A DNA stretch of 63,954 nucleotides, filler included, from Acetivibrio sp. (GCF_035371925.1; 9 parts of 9 records of this genome joined end to end with filler, not necessarily neighbours in it); one strand, 5' to 3'. Shown: positions 37,731-47,534, numbered from the whole stretch's first letter. Made by a program: numbers and translations. Notes: generated by a model not told the origin, from the sequence alone.

Positions 37731-38363
37731 ATGAAAGTAAATGAGATATTTTTAAGTGTTCAGGGAGAAAGTTTGTCTGCAGGATTCCCAACTGTATTTG
37801 TCCGCTTTACCGGCTGCAACCTTCGATGCAGTTATTGCGATACAAGATATGCATATGATGAGGGGAAAGAAATGACCCCTGCTGAAATATTTGAAGAGAT
37901 AAAAAAGCTTCATTATAAAAGGGTGTGTCTTACGGGGGGAGAACCTCTTTTGCAAGAAGAGTTGGGACAACTTCTGACTCTTCTTGATGACTATATTGTG
38001 ACGATTGAAACCAATGGTTCGGTAAACCTTGGAAGAGTAATGCTTAAAAATCCAAGGCATTCTTATGTTATGGACATGAAGGTGCCCTCGTCGGGATGTA
38101 GTGATGAGATGCTGTTTGAAAATTTCGATTTACTGAGAGATTGTGATGAAATAAAGTTTGTGATAGGAACTAGAGCGGATTACGAATGGGCTAAAACTGT
38201 AATTTCAAAATATCACAGAAAAGGAACCGTAACCTTTTCTCCGGTATACGGTAAAATCGATTATTCCGGCATAGTCCAGTGGATACTCGAGGACAAGCTT
38301 GAGGCAAGATTTCAGGTTCAGCTTCACAAGGTGATCTGGGGACCTGATAAAACAGGGGTATAG
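37731..38363 (+). CDS. queE: 7-carboxy-7-deazaguanine synthase (radical SAM)
   Basis: EIFLSVQGES, RFTGCNLRCSYCDT, TGGEPLLQ, IETNGS, QVQLHKVIW. Confidence 0.95.
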   Translation: MKVNEIFLSVQGESLSAGFPTVFVRFTGCNLRCSYCDTRYAYDEGKEMTPAEIFEEIKKLHYKRVCLTGGEPLLQEELGQLLTLLDDYIVTIETNGSVNLGRVMLKNPRHSYVMDMKVPSSGCSDEMLFENFDLLRDCDEIKFVIGTRADYEWAKTVISKYHRKGTVTFSPVYGKIDYSGIVQWILEDKLEARFQVQLHKVIWGPDKTGV

Positions 38364-38368
38364 ATAGT

Positions 38369-38938
38369 ATGTATAATTGGGAAGAACTAATAAATGTATG
38401 CTCAAACTGTGAAAAGTGCCGTTTAAGCAAAACGAGAACCAATATTGTAATTGGGCGGGGAAACATAAATGCACCTCTAATGCTTGTGGGAGAAGGCCCC
38501 GGTGAACAGGAGGACCTCCAAGGACTTCCTTTTGTAGGACCGGCGGGAAAGCTTCTGGACTTGTTGCTTAGAGCAATGAGAATAAAAGAGGATATGTACT
38601 ATATAGCCAATATTGTAAAGTGCAGGCCTCCAGGCAACAGGGTTCCTACGGATGAGGAAGCCGAAATGTGCCTGCCTTATTTGAGAAATCAATTGGTACT
38701 GGTAAAACCCCGTATAATAGTGTGTTTGGGTGCAACAGCAATGAAATACATAATTGGCAGGGATGCGAAGATTACAAAAATCCGAGGTCAATGGATTGAA
38801 AGAAAGGGATATTGGATTATAGCCACTTTTCATCCGGCAGCATTACTAAGGGATGAATCAAAGAAGGTTCTTATGTGGGAGGACTTTAAAAAGGTAAAAC
38901 AGAGGTTGGATAGTATATGTCAAAATCAGAGCAGCTAA
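38369..38938 (+). CDS. Uracil-DNA glycosylase family 4 with [4Fe-4S] ligands
   Basis: CEKC, GEGPG, PFVGPAG, KCRPP, MCLPYL, FHPAALLR. Confidence 0.93.
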   Translation: MYNWEELINVCSNCEKCRLSKTRTNIVIGRGNINAPLMLVGEGPGEQEDLQGLPFVGPAGKLLDLLLRAMRIKEDMYYIANIVKCRPPGNRVPTDEEAEMCLPYLRNQLVLVKPRIIVCLGATAMKYIIGRDAKITKIRGQWIERKGYWIIATFHPAALLRDESKKVLMWEDFKKVKQRLDSICQNQSS

Positions 38939-39495
38939 AGAATCTATATGATTTATATAAGAAAGAGTTTTACGGAAGAGAAATTGTTTTAGGAGATGGA
39001 AATGCCGATTCCCGACTGGTATTGATAGGGGAAGCGCCGGGAAGGGAAGAGGTTTTGAACTCAAAGCCTTTTGTAGGTGCTGCGGGAAAGAACCTTGCAG
39101 AATTTCTAGACAAGCTGGGACTTAAGAGAGAGGACATATATATAACCAATGCAATCAAATACAGGCTCTCAAAGGTAAATCCGGACACCAACAGGGTTTC
39201 AAACAGACCGGCAACCAAAAATGAGATTCTGGATAATAGGGACTATTTGCTAAAGGAGATTGAAATTATTAATCCAGAGTATATTGTCACCTTAGGTAAT
39301 GTACCCTTAAGGGCGGTGTACGGAGACTTTGGCATTACTATCGGTGAAGTTCACGGCACTTTAAGCAAAATCAAGGTTTTGGAGGCTGAGTATAATCTGT
39401 TTCCCCTCTATCATCCTGCGAGTATTATATACAATGCAAAGCTAAAAGAGATTTATAATGAAGATTTAAACAAGTTAAAGCTAATAATAGGCTAG
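38917..39495 (+). CDS. UDG family 4-like glycosylase lacking all cysteines
   Basis: GEAPG, PFVGAAG, ITNAIKYR, YHPASIIY; no Cys in 192 aa; overlaps the upstream UDG by 22 bp. Confidence 0.88.
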   Translation: MSKSEQLKNLYDLYKKEFYGREIVLGDGNADSRLVLIGEAPGREEVLNSKPFVGAAGKNLAEFLDKLGLKREDIYITNAIKYRLSKVNPDTNRVSNRPATKNEILDNRDYLLKEIEIINPEYIVTLGNVPLRAVYGDFGITIGEVHGTLSKIKVLEAEYNLFPLYHPASIIYNAKLKEIYNEDLNKLKLIIG

Positions 39496-39649
39496 CAGGG
39501 ATTTCGTTTTTATTCAAAATGGAGTATGAGAATGCAAAATGGGAAATAATATTGCGAAAAAAAGCGTATTATTTATTAATTAATAGGATAAAATAAATTC
39601 TAGGTTGATAATTAAGATTATCAAGTGATTTTTGGTGTAAAATAACCCC

Positions 39650-39792
39650 TTGACTTTATTATATTTTCGGTGTTATAATTTAAAAGCTGTCAGGGCTGAC
39701 ATCTTCGAGACGAATAAAGTCGAGAAGGTACAGAAAAATGAAAAAAATACCTCTAAAAAGGTGTTGACAAAAAGACGACAGCATGATAACAT
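39650..39792 (+). promoter_or_regulatory. Tandem strong sigma-A promoters, probably rRNA operon P1/P2
   Basis: TTGACT-18-TATAAT (39650-39679) and TTGACA-17-TAACAT (39764-39792), both with TG extended -10 and A-rich UP elements. No ORF follows and the contig ends 40 bp later. Confidence 0.7.
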
Positions 39793-39831
39793 ATAAAAGT
39801 CGCGCTGAGAACAAAGCGCGAAACGCTTGAA

Positions 39832-39931
39832 NNNNNNNNNNNNNNNNNNNNNNNNNNNNNNNNNNNNNNNNNNNNTTAATTAATTAANNNNNNNNNNNNN
39901 NNNNNNNNNNNNNNNNNNNNNNNNNNNNNNN
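39832..39931. other. Artificial contig linker
   Basis: N run + TTAATTAATTAA + N run. Confidence 0.98.
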
Positions 39932-40351
39932 TATCCCAATAATTAACATTTAGCTGGTTTTCCAGTTACTTTTCGAGAATATTCTATTTTAACACGGATT
40001 ATCTAAAAAAGGACAGCATAAATTAAGTTTATCAATTTGGAATTTGAAATAGGCTTGGGCGAAAAAGCAATTTGCAAGAAGGCTTTTTTAAGGTTGATTT
40101 AAGCTTTACAATATAAAATAATAATAGAAAAATTATATTTTGTGCTAAAATTTAGACTCAAATATATTCTTTTTTTACGAAAGTATATTATATGGAAATA
40201 TTATGGGGTTGTAATGCAGCTGTATTTCTGACGAAGTTATGCGGGAGTATTTGCCTTGGCAGCTTTTATCGAATTTGCAGATTAAAATAGAGAGTATTAT
40301 TGTTTTTATATAAACATGATAATACAAAAATTTACAAAAGGGGAGAAACGG

Positions 40352-43300
40352 ATGAAAAAAGTTGTATCAAGTGCCGTCGTTGTTGCAATGCTTTTTGCAA
40401 TAATGATACCTGTATGTTATTTTGGAGCCTTTGCAGAGGCTACTCAGACCCTTTTTATCAATGAAGTCATGTCGTCAAATTCGTCCACAATTCGTGACGG
40501 GGATGTTACCGACCCTAAACACGGAAGCAAGGGGGAGCATACTCAGACTGGATAGAGATTTATAATTCCGGCACCCGTGATGTGGACTTGACGGGATACA
40601 TTTTGGCGGACTCATCGGCAGAATGGGTATTCCCGCAAGGAATAGTACCCGCAGGGGGATACTTGCTGGTTTGGGCATCCGACAAAAATATGGTGGCTCA
40701 AGACGGTCAACTTCACACAAACTTCAAATTAAGTGCGTCTGGTGAGAACGTAACATTAAAAAAGCCCGACGGAACTGCTGTTGATTCGGTTGATGTTATC
40801 AGCCTAGGGGATGACCAGAGCTATGGGAGAAAAAACGACGGCGCATCTGAGTTTGTTGTTTTCACAAAAGCAACACCTGGAGCGGCAAACGTTTATGATA
40901 CTCCTAAAACATCCACTCTCTTCATCAACGAGGTTATGGCTTCCAACGCATCTACAATAAGAGATGGAGACATAGACGACCCTAAAGATGGCAGTAAAGG
41001 CGGAGCGTACTCGGACTGGATAGAGATTTATAATTCCGGCACCCGTGATGTGGATTTGACGGGATACATCCTGGCAGACTCATCGGCAGAATGGGTATTC
41101 CCTCAAGGAATTGTGCCGGCAGGAGGATACTTGTTGGTTTGGGCATCTGACAAGAATAAGGTTGCAGCTGACGGACAATTACATACCAATTTCAAGATAA
41201 GCTCCTCCGGAGAAGCATTGACACTGAAGGATCCTAACGGTAATGTTATTGATATTTTGGTAACTATAAATCTTTTGGATGACCAATCCTACGGTAGAAA
41301 AACCGACGGTTCGTCCGAACTGTCGTTGTTAAAACCTACACCCGGAGCTGCAAATGTTTACGACCCAAGCCTTATACCTGTTTTGGAGCCTGCTTTTTCC
41401 CATCAGGGAGGCTTTTATACCAACGCATTTAATCTCGAAATTACTGCAAATGAGCCCGGAGTCAAGATTTACTATACTACAGATTGCTCCGATCCTGTTC
41501 CGGGTAAAAAGGGAACCTTTGAATATACTTCTGGCATTAATATAAAAAGCAGGGCAGGAGAACCGAATGTACTTTCCATGATTCAGGATATATCCAACGA
41601 CCAGTGGAACAAATGGAAGGCACCAAAAGGGGAAGTATTCAAGTGTACTACTATCAAGGCCGTTGCGGTGAGAAGCGATGGTGCAAAGAGCAAAGTAGTC
41701 ACCCATTCGTATTTTGTAGATCCTCAAATGAATACAAGATATACCCTGCCTGTAATTTCTATTGTGACCGAATATGATAACTTGTTTGACCCGTCTATCG
41801 GAATTTATGTAAATGAAAACTATGAGAAAAAAGGTTCGGAATGGGAAAGACCGGCGCATATTGAGTTCTTTGAGACCAGCGGAAAGCTAGGATTTTCCCT
41901 CGATACGGGACTTAGGATACATGGCGGTTGGACAAGAAAGTATCCTCAGAAGTCTTTCCGTTTGTATGCCGACCACAATAATGATATTGGCGAAATTAAA
42001 TATGAGATTTTCCCGGGACTTAGAGGAACGGGAACGGGCAAGAAAATAAAAAGCTTTGAACGCTTGATCTTGAGAAATTCGGGAAATGACTGGACGGCTG
42101 CTCTTTTCAGGGATGAGATGATGCAAAGTCTTGTTTCCCATTTGAAAATAGACACCCAGGCTTACAGACCATGCATAGTATTCTTAAATGGAGAGTATTG
42201 GGGAATATACCACATTCGTGAACGCTTTGACGATAAATACCTAAAAGCACACTACGACCTTGATGATGACAAGGTTGCAATACTTGATGTTTATGAGACA
42301 CTGGAGGTGCAGGAAGGCGATTCAACGGATGTTTTGGCATATACAAATGATGTGATAAACTATTTAAAAACCCATTCCATAACAGAAAAGAGCACCTATG
42401 AGTATATTAAAACCAAAATTGACATAGAGAACTATATTGATTATTATGTTGCTGAGATATTCTTCGGAAATACGGACTGGCCGGGAAATAATGTAGCCAT
42501 ATGGAGGTATAAGACGGATGACGGACAATATCATCCTGAAGCTCCTTACGGTCAGGACGGAAGATGGAGATGGATGCTGAAAGATACCGATTTTGGTTTT
42601 GGTTTGTACGGAAAAAGCGTATCTCACGACACTCTTGCTTATGCAGCCGGTGATAGACGCGAAGGTACTGCCAATGCGGAATGGGCGGTGTTCCTCTTTA
42701 AAACTCTTCTTAAGAATGAAGAATTTAGAAATGAGTTTATAAACCGTTTTGCAGACCAATTGAATACCTCGTTTGTACCGTCAAGAGTAGTTTCGGTTAT
42801 TAATGATGTGGTTTCAACTCTTGAACCGGAAATGCAGGAGCATACCGACCGTTGGCCGTTTATTAAATTGACTGCTACCAATTTCTTTGATACCACTTGG
42901 AGTCAGGAAGTAAACTGGATTAGGGACTATGCCTATAATCGTCCTGCAAATGTGAGACAGCACATATTGAACAAGTTCCGAAATAATGGTGTAACGGGGA
43001 CTGCTTCTGTTCGTTTGAACACCGATTCAACCAAAGGTCATATAAAGATTAATTCCATTGACATAGTGTCGGATACCCCGGCAGTTACAAACCCTGATTC
43101 TTGGACCGGCATATACTTCAAGGGAGTACCTGTAACTATAAAAGCAATGCCTAAAGAAGGTTATGTGTTTGACCACTGGGAAGGAATAACCGAGGGTTTG
43201 GAGACGTCGGATACTGTGACAGTTACCCTTTCGAAGGATATGACTATTACAGCAGTATTCAAGCCCAAAGAGGTAATTCCGACACCAACACCTACTCCTG

Positions 43301-43515
43301 AGATTTTGTATGGTGACCTTAACGGAGATAATAAGGTAACTTCCACAGATTTGCTGGTATGCAAAAGGTATTTGCTTTTTGATTTGAAACCAGAGCAGAT
43401 AAATTTGCCTGCAGGAGATCTTGACGGCAACGGAAAGATTACCTCCACTGACTATACATATCTCAAGAGATATTTATTGAAGCAGATAGACAAGTTCCCG
43501 GTACAGATGCGATGA
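40352..43515 (+). CDS. Cellulosomal CotH-family kinase (signal peptide-2x lamin-tail domain-Fn3-associated-CotH-type I dockerin), with a -1 frameshift at 40531-40535
   Basis: LFINEVM..N, SDWIEIYN, FKLSASGE (LTD); IYYTTD..DP; PQKSFRLY, NTDWPGNN, LKDTDFGFG (CotH); GDLNGDNKVTSTD/GDLDGNGKITSTD dockerin. It joins ORFs 40316-40555 and 40582-43515. Confidence 0.88.
40451..41363 (+). repeat. Tandem intragenic duplication of the lamin-tail domain
   Basis: 40451-40899 and 40918-41363 encode near-identical LTDs (shared GACTGGATAGAGATTTATAATTCCGGCACCCGTGATGTGGA...). Confidence 0.9.
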
Positions 43516-43578
43516 TAATATTCTTTATATATAATACATATTACATATATACAAGCATAATTGGGGGGAAAATGAAAG

Positions 43579-44352
43579 TTGGCAATTGAGGTATTTAACA
43601 GATATGAGAAAAAGTATTTGATGGACAACGAAACGTATATGAAGGTTAAAAACATACTCTTAGAGTATATGGAGCTTGATGAATATAATAAGGTGAATAA
43701 TACGTACTACACAATAAGCAATATTTATTACGACACTCAGGACAACCAACTGATAAGACATTCGGTTTCAAAGCCTAGATATAAAGAGAAGTTAAGGCTT
43801 CGTGCTTATGGAGTACCCTCTTTGGATACCAAGGTTTATTTGGAAATTAAAAAGAAGGTAAACGGGCTTGTAAACAAGAGAAGAACAAAGCTGACATTGA
43901 AGGAGGCTTATGAATTTGCTGCAACGGGTACAAAGCCTGGATACCAGAGCTATATGAACAAGCAGGTTCTCAATGAAATCGAATATCTGCTCAATATGTA
44001 TGACTTAGAGCCAAAGCTTTATCTGGCATATGACAGAATGGCGTATTTTGGAATAAACAACAGGGACTTAAGAATAACCTTTGATACCAATATTAGGTCC
44101 CGAAGGACTGATTTGAGACTTGAACTTGGCGACTATGGGGAACAGTTACTGGATGAAGGTGTGTGGCTTATGGAAGTCAAAGCGGAAAAGAGCATACCAG
44201 TCTGGCTTTCAAGGATGCTGAGCGAGAATAAGCTTTTTAAAACTAGCTTTTCAAAATATGGTACTGAGTACAAGAAGATGATTTTAAGCAACATTACAAA
44301 GGAGGATGAAAGCGGTTGCTTGACGGAATACTTGATGTCACGACTGGCATAA
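43579..44352 (+). CDS. VTC / polyphosphate polymerase domain protein
   Basis: FNRYEKKY, ISNIYYDT, KLRLRAYG, LEIKKK, KRR, YDR.AY, RITFD, MEVK, SFSKY. Confidence 0.93.
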   Translation: MAIEVFNRYEKKYLMDNETYMKVKNILLEYMELDEYNKVNNTYYTISNIYYDTQDNQLIRHSVSKPRYKEKLRLRAYGVPSLDTKVYLEIKKKVNGLVNKRRTKLTLKEAYEFAATGTKPGYQSYMNKQVLNEIEYLLNMYDLEPKLYLAYDRMAYFGINNRDLRITFDTNIRSRRTDLRLELGDYGEQLLDEGVWLMEVKAEKSIPVWLSRMLSENKLFKTSFSKYGTEYKKMILSNITKEDESGCLTEYLMSRLA

Positions 44353-44990
44353 CACTATCCTTTGGCAACATGATACTGACAGTGGTTGTTTCGTTTGTTT
44401 TGGGTATAGCTATAAGTTTGGTGCATATTAAGACCCATTCAGAAGGGTATTATTCTCAGAACTTTGCTTTGACTTTGGCTGTGCTGCCAAGTATTATTGC
44501 CATAATTATTATGCTCATAGGAAGCAATATTGCAAGAGCTTTTAGTTTGGCGGGGACTTTTATGTTCATTCGATTTAGAAGTGAAGAGGCGACTTTTAAA
44601 GATATTGCGTATGTGTTTTTTGCGTTGGCTGTAGGTTTGGCCTGCGGTATAGGATTTTTTGGATATGCCGCACTTTTTACCTTGGTACTTTGTGCTTTTC
44701 TGTTTGCTTTTGGCAAAGCAGATTTTGGTGTCCAAAAATCGCCGTATAAGCAGCTGAAGGTTACCGTCCGGGAGGATCTTGATTATAAAAGAGAGTTTGA
44801 AGAGGTTTTCAACAAATACGCATTGAGTTATGAGCTGCAAAAAGTTAAGCCAAAAGAATATGGAGCTTTCTACGAGCTTGTGTACAATGTATCTCTTTAT
44901 TACGACGCAAACGAAAAAGAATTTCTTGATGCGCTTCGTTGTCGCAACGGCAATTTAAATATTGTGCTGGATATAAATACTGAAGGATAG
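44316..44990 (+). CDS. DUF4956 membrane protein
   Basis: NIARAFSLAGTFMFIRFRS...KDIAYVFFALAVGLACGIG; overlaps the VTC gene, its usual partner. Confidence 0.9.
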   Translation: MLDGILDVTTGITLSFGNMILTVVVSFVLGIAISLVHIKTHSEGYYSQNFALTLAVLPSIIAIIIMLIGSNIARAFSLAGTFMFIRFRSEEATFKDIAYVFFALAVGLACGIGFFGYAALFTLVLCAFLFAFGKADFGVQKSPYKQLKVTVREDLDYKREFEEVFNKYALSYELQKVKPKEYGAFYELVYNVSLYYDANEKEFLDALRCRNGNLNIVLDINTEG

Positions 44991-45033
44991 TTGAAACAAG
45001 TCAGGGAGAACATCTCTTCCTGACTTGTAAATT

Positions 45034-45933
45034 TTAAATGCTTACAAGATATTTCTTTTCAAGCTTTATAGGTTGATAAGCCAATTTGGCTCTGCGCAGT
45101 CCGTCTAGACCCAAGTCCTCCTGGAGATTTATAAATTCAACATCGCTAAAGCATGTCTCTACCAGGGACTTGTTTAAAAAAGGGTATATTCCGGAAAAAT
45201 TGTAATTTCCTTTTTCAAAGTGGATAGTTGCCATTTTGCCGTTTAGTTTTTCGCCTAACGCAAACCCTACTATTTCCTTGCCTACGTAAACGGCAATACC
45301 TTTTATATTATTAAAGAGGTTGATATTATTGAGAATGTCAAAAATGGCTTTTTGCTCATTTTTAAGCTGCTCACTTTGCATAGCCTTGTAATCGTACCAT
45401 TTAAGGGACAAATCAATACAGTCCTTTATGACTTCAGGGGTTTGTATTTCTTCAATTCTGTAATCGTATTTCTTTATGAATTGATTGTACTGATTCTTTT
45501 TTCTGTGGTATTTGCTGCCGGACAGTGCAATCAATTCTTTAGTGTTGAAAATATAATCAAAGTTGTTTTTATCCTCGTGGGAAGTTACGAGTTCTCCGAA
45601 GTTTTCATGAAACTCATGCAAAAAAGGTGTTTCCACGTCCCCATACAAGTATTTGAAATCCGGATTATCTTTTTTTATAGCATTAAGTTTTAAAGTAATA
45701 TCGGCTATTTTGGTTTTGCCGGCTCCAATGGGCTGCATAAAATATGTGCCGTTGCTGCCAGTGCGCTTTTTAACGACTATCGCATCGTCAACTATTGCAA
45801 ACTCCGTATTATACATTTTTCTCCATATATAAAGTGTCAAAAATGAATATTCATAAGTGCAAAAATCATAGTCTTTCAGATATTCATGAAAAATCTCTCT
45901 GTCTTGTAGTTCTAAAGGTTTGAAATTTAGCAT
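45034..45933 (-). CDS. DUF2156 / phosphatidylglycerol lysyltransferase-domain protein
   Basis: YSFLTLYIW, DYIFNTKELIALSGSKYHRKKN, IHFEKG, INLQEDLGLDGLRRAKLAYQP. Confidence 0.9.
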   Translation of the reverse strand: MLNFKPLELQDREIFHEYLKDYDFCTYEYSFLTLYIWRKMYNTEFAIVDDAIVVKKRTGSNGTYFMQPIGAGKTKIADITLKLNAIKKDNPDFKYLYGDVETPFLHEFHENFGELVTSHEDKNNFDYIFNTKELIALSGSKYHRKKNQYNQFIKKYDYRIEEIQTPEVIKDCIDLSLKWYDYKAMQSEQLKNEQKAIFDILNNINLFNNIKGIAVYVGKEIVGFALGEKLNGKMATIHFEKGNYNFSGIYPFLNKSLVETCFSDVEFINLQEDLGLDGLRRAKLAYQPIKLEKKYLVSI

Positions 45934-46356
45934 TTGTCTCATCCTACTTTATTTTTCTTTATTGTTTGTCCTATATAAATATCTTATGTTATTATATATA
46001 ATTCGCGATTTTTTCGCCACTATATAAAAATAGCATTAAACAAGTAAAATTAATGATGTAGCCGTTTTATAATTATTATCCATAATTATTGTTTGATTTA
46101 ATCAAGATTTTCTTGTAAACCATGGGCTGTGGCTGACGTATGAGCAAGGAAGCAAGAATTTATGTTCCTGTTAATGCAGCAATTGCTTGTATATCCATAA
46201 GAAATAATAATATACTATAATTAACCAAAAAAACTATTTGAAATAGCATAATAAATGTATATAATATACATGTTATGTAAGCTAAATGTAAGTTTGCATA
46301 ATAAACGCAAAAGAAGTAGTATTTAAAACAGAACAGTAAATGGGGGTAGATGTAGT

Positions 46357-46740
46357 ATGAAAAGAGTCATTTCAGCATTTCTAGCAATTATTCTAGTATT
46401 TCAAGCAGTACCTTTTTCAAGTTTTGCAGTATCAACAGATGATGGCAAATTCAAGCCAGCAATTAAAGTGATATTAAAGCACAAGAAGAGCTTATTTACG
46501 AAAAAATAAAGGAAGAAGAACAACTTAAGGAAAAGCTTACAAAGGATAGTGTAAAGGAATTAGCAGGGAAGTCTTCTTTATCAACAAAAGACGGTGCTGC
46601 ACAAAATATTGCAATGCAATCATTCAAGTATTACAATGCAATCAAGTGAGCTTATAAATGCACCGTATGACCTTGATGCTGAGGTAATAAATGCATCGGT
46701 AAGTGGGAAGCATGTTATTCTTACATGGATGCCGTCGGAA
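46357..46740 (+). pseudogene. Decayed secreted Fn3-containing protein, cut by IS insertion
   Basis: MKRVISAFLAIILVFQAVPFSSFA signal peptide, stop at 46507-46509. Shifted frames continue ..AQEELIYEKIK.. and ..ELINAPYDLDAEV..VILTWMPSE (start of an Fn3 domain), ending at the IS boundary. Confidence 0.65.
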
Positions 46741-47336
46741 TGATATTGTCAATATTACTTGACACATTTTTCTCGTACAATTTGTGGTTTTTGCGCTGGG
46801 ATATAATGGGATGGAGAGTAGCGAAATCCCATTATATCCCAGCGCGCCGCCTCGCTCCCATCGTTACGCTGTTTTAGCATATTGTTCCTCATAGAACTTC
46901 TTCCTCTTTACCATAGGCGGAAGCCCACCATTCGCCGAACAGATCCTGCGATTATTCCAATAACTCATGAAATATCGCCATATTAGGCTCTTGACCGCTT
47001 CCATCGGCATTTTCTTTACATCATGTCTATCATACAATAGTTCTTCCTTGAATCGTCCCCACAGGGATTCACATTTTGCATTGTCATGACACCTACCGCC
47101 GGCACTGTTCATACTCTGAATTATCCCACATTTTTCTATTACTTGGCGATATTCATTGCTGGTATATTGGCTTCCCCTGTCGGAATGGATAATCGCTCCT
47201 CTTAGTCCGGTATAGGCCATAATTGCGCTTTTTAGAGTGTCTACGCATAACCCCGCTTTCATGTTGTCTGCCATTGAAAGCCCTAAAACTGCATTGTCAA
47301 AGCAATCTTCTATTATTGATATATAAAGCTTACCAT
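46741..47336 (-). mobile_element. IS3-family insertion sequence, right part (transposase C-terminus 46864-47336 and probable IRR at 46741-46766)
   Basis: Frame open to the contig edge: GKLYISIIEDCF..IHSDRGSQYTS..SMN..G.CHDNAKCESLWGRFKEE..WNNRR (DDE rve). The terminal TGATATTGTCAATATTACTTGACACA fits IS3 TG...CA ends. Confidence 0.88.
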
Positions 47337-47436
47337 NNNNNNNNNNNNNNNNNNNNNNNNNNNNNNNNNNNNNNNNNNNNTTAATTAATTAANNNNNNNN
47401 NNNNNNNNNNNNNNNNNNNNNNNNNNNNNNNNNNNN
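47337..47436. other. Artificial contig linker
   Basis: N run + TTAATTAATTAA + N run. Confidence 0.98.
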
Positions 47437-47510
47437 GAAGGGACTTGAACCCCCACGTCGGTGACACTAGATCCTAAGTCTAGCGCGTCTGCCAATTCCG
47501 CCACATCCGC
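47437..47510 (-). tRNA. tRNA-Leu(TAG), 3' end truncated
   Basis: Reverse complement GCGGATGTGGCGGAATTGGCAGACGCG CTAGA-CT-TAG-GA-TCTAG ..GGGGGTTCAAGTCCC. Confidence 0.96.
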
Positions 47511-47534
47511 AAATAATATCACGCAACAAAAGTT

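Noticed and set aside
46090..46205. Minus-strand MDIQAIAALTG.. fragment resembling a tyrosine recombinase C-terminus
   Set aside because: It is too short and interrupted by a stop, and the catalytic H/Y spacing cannot be established by eye.
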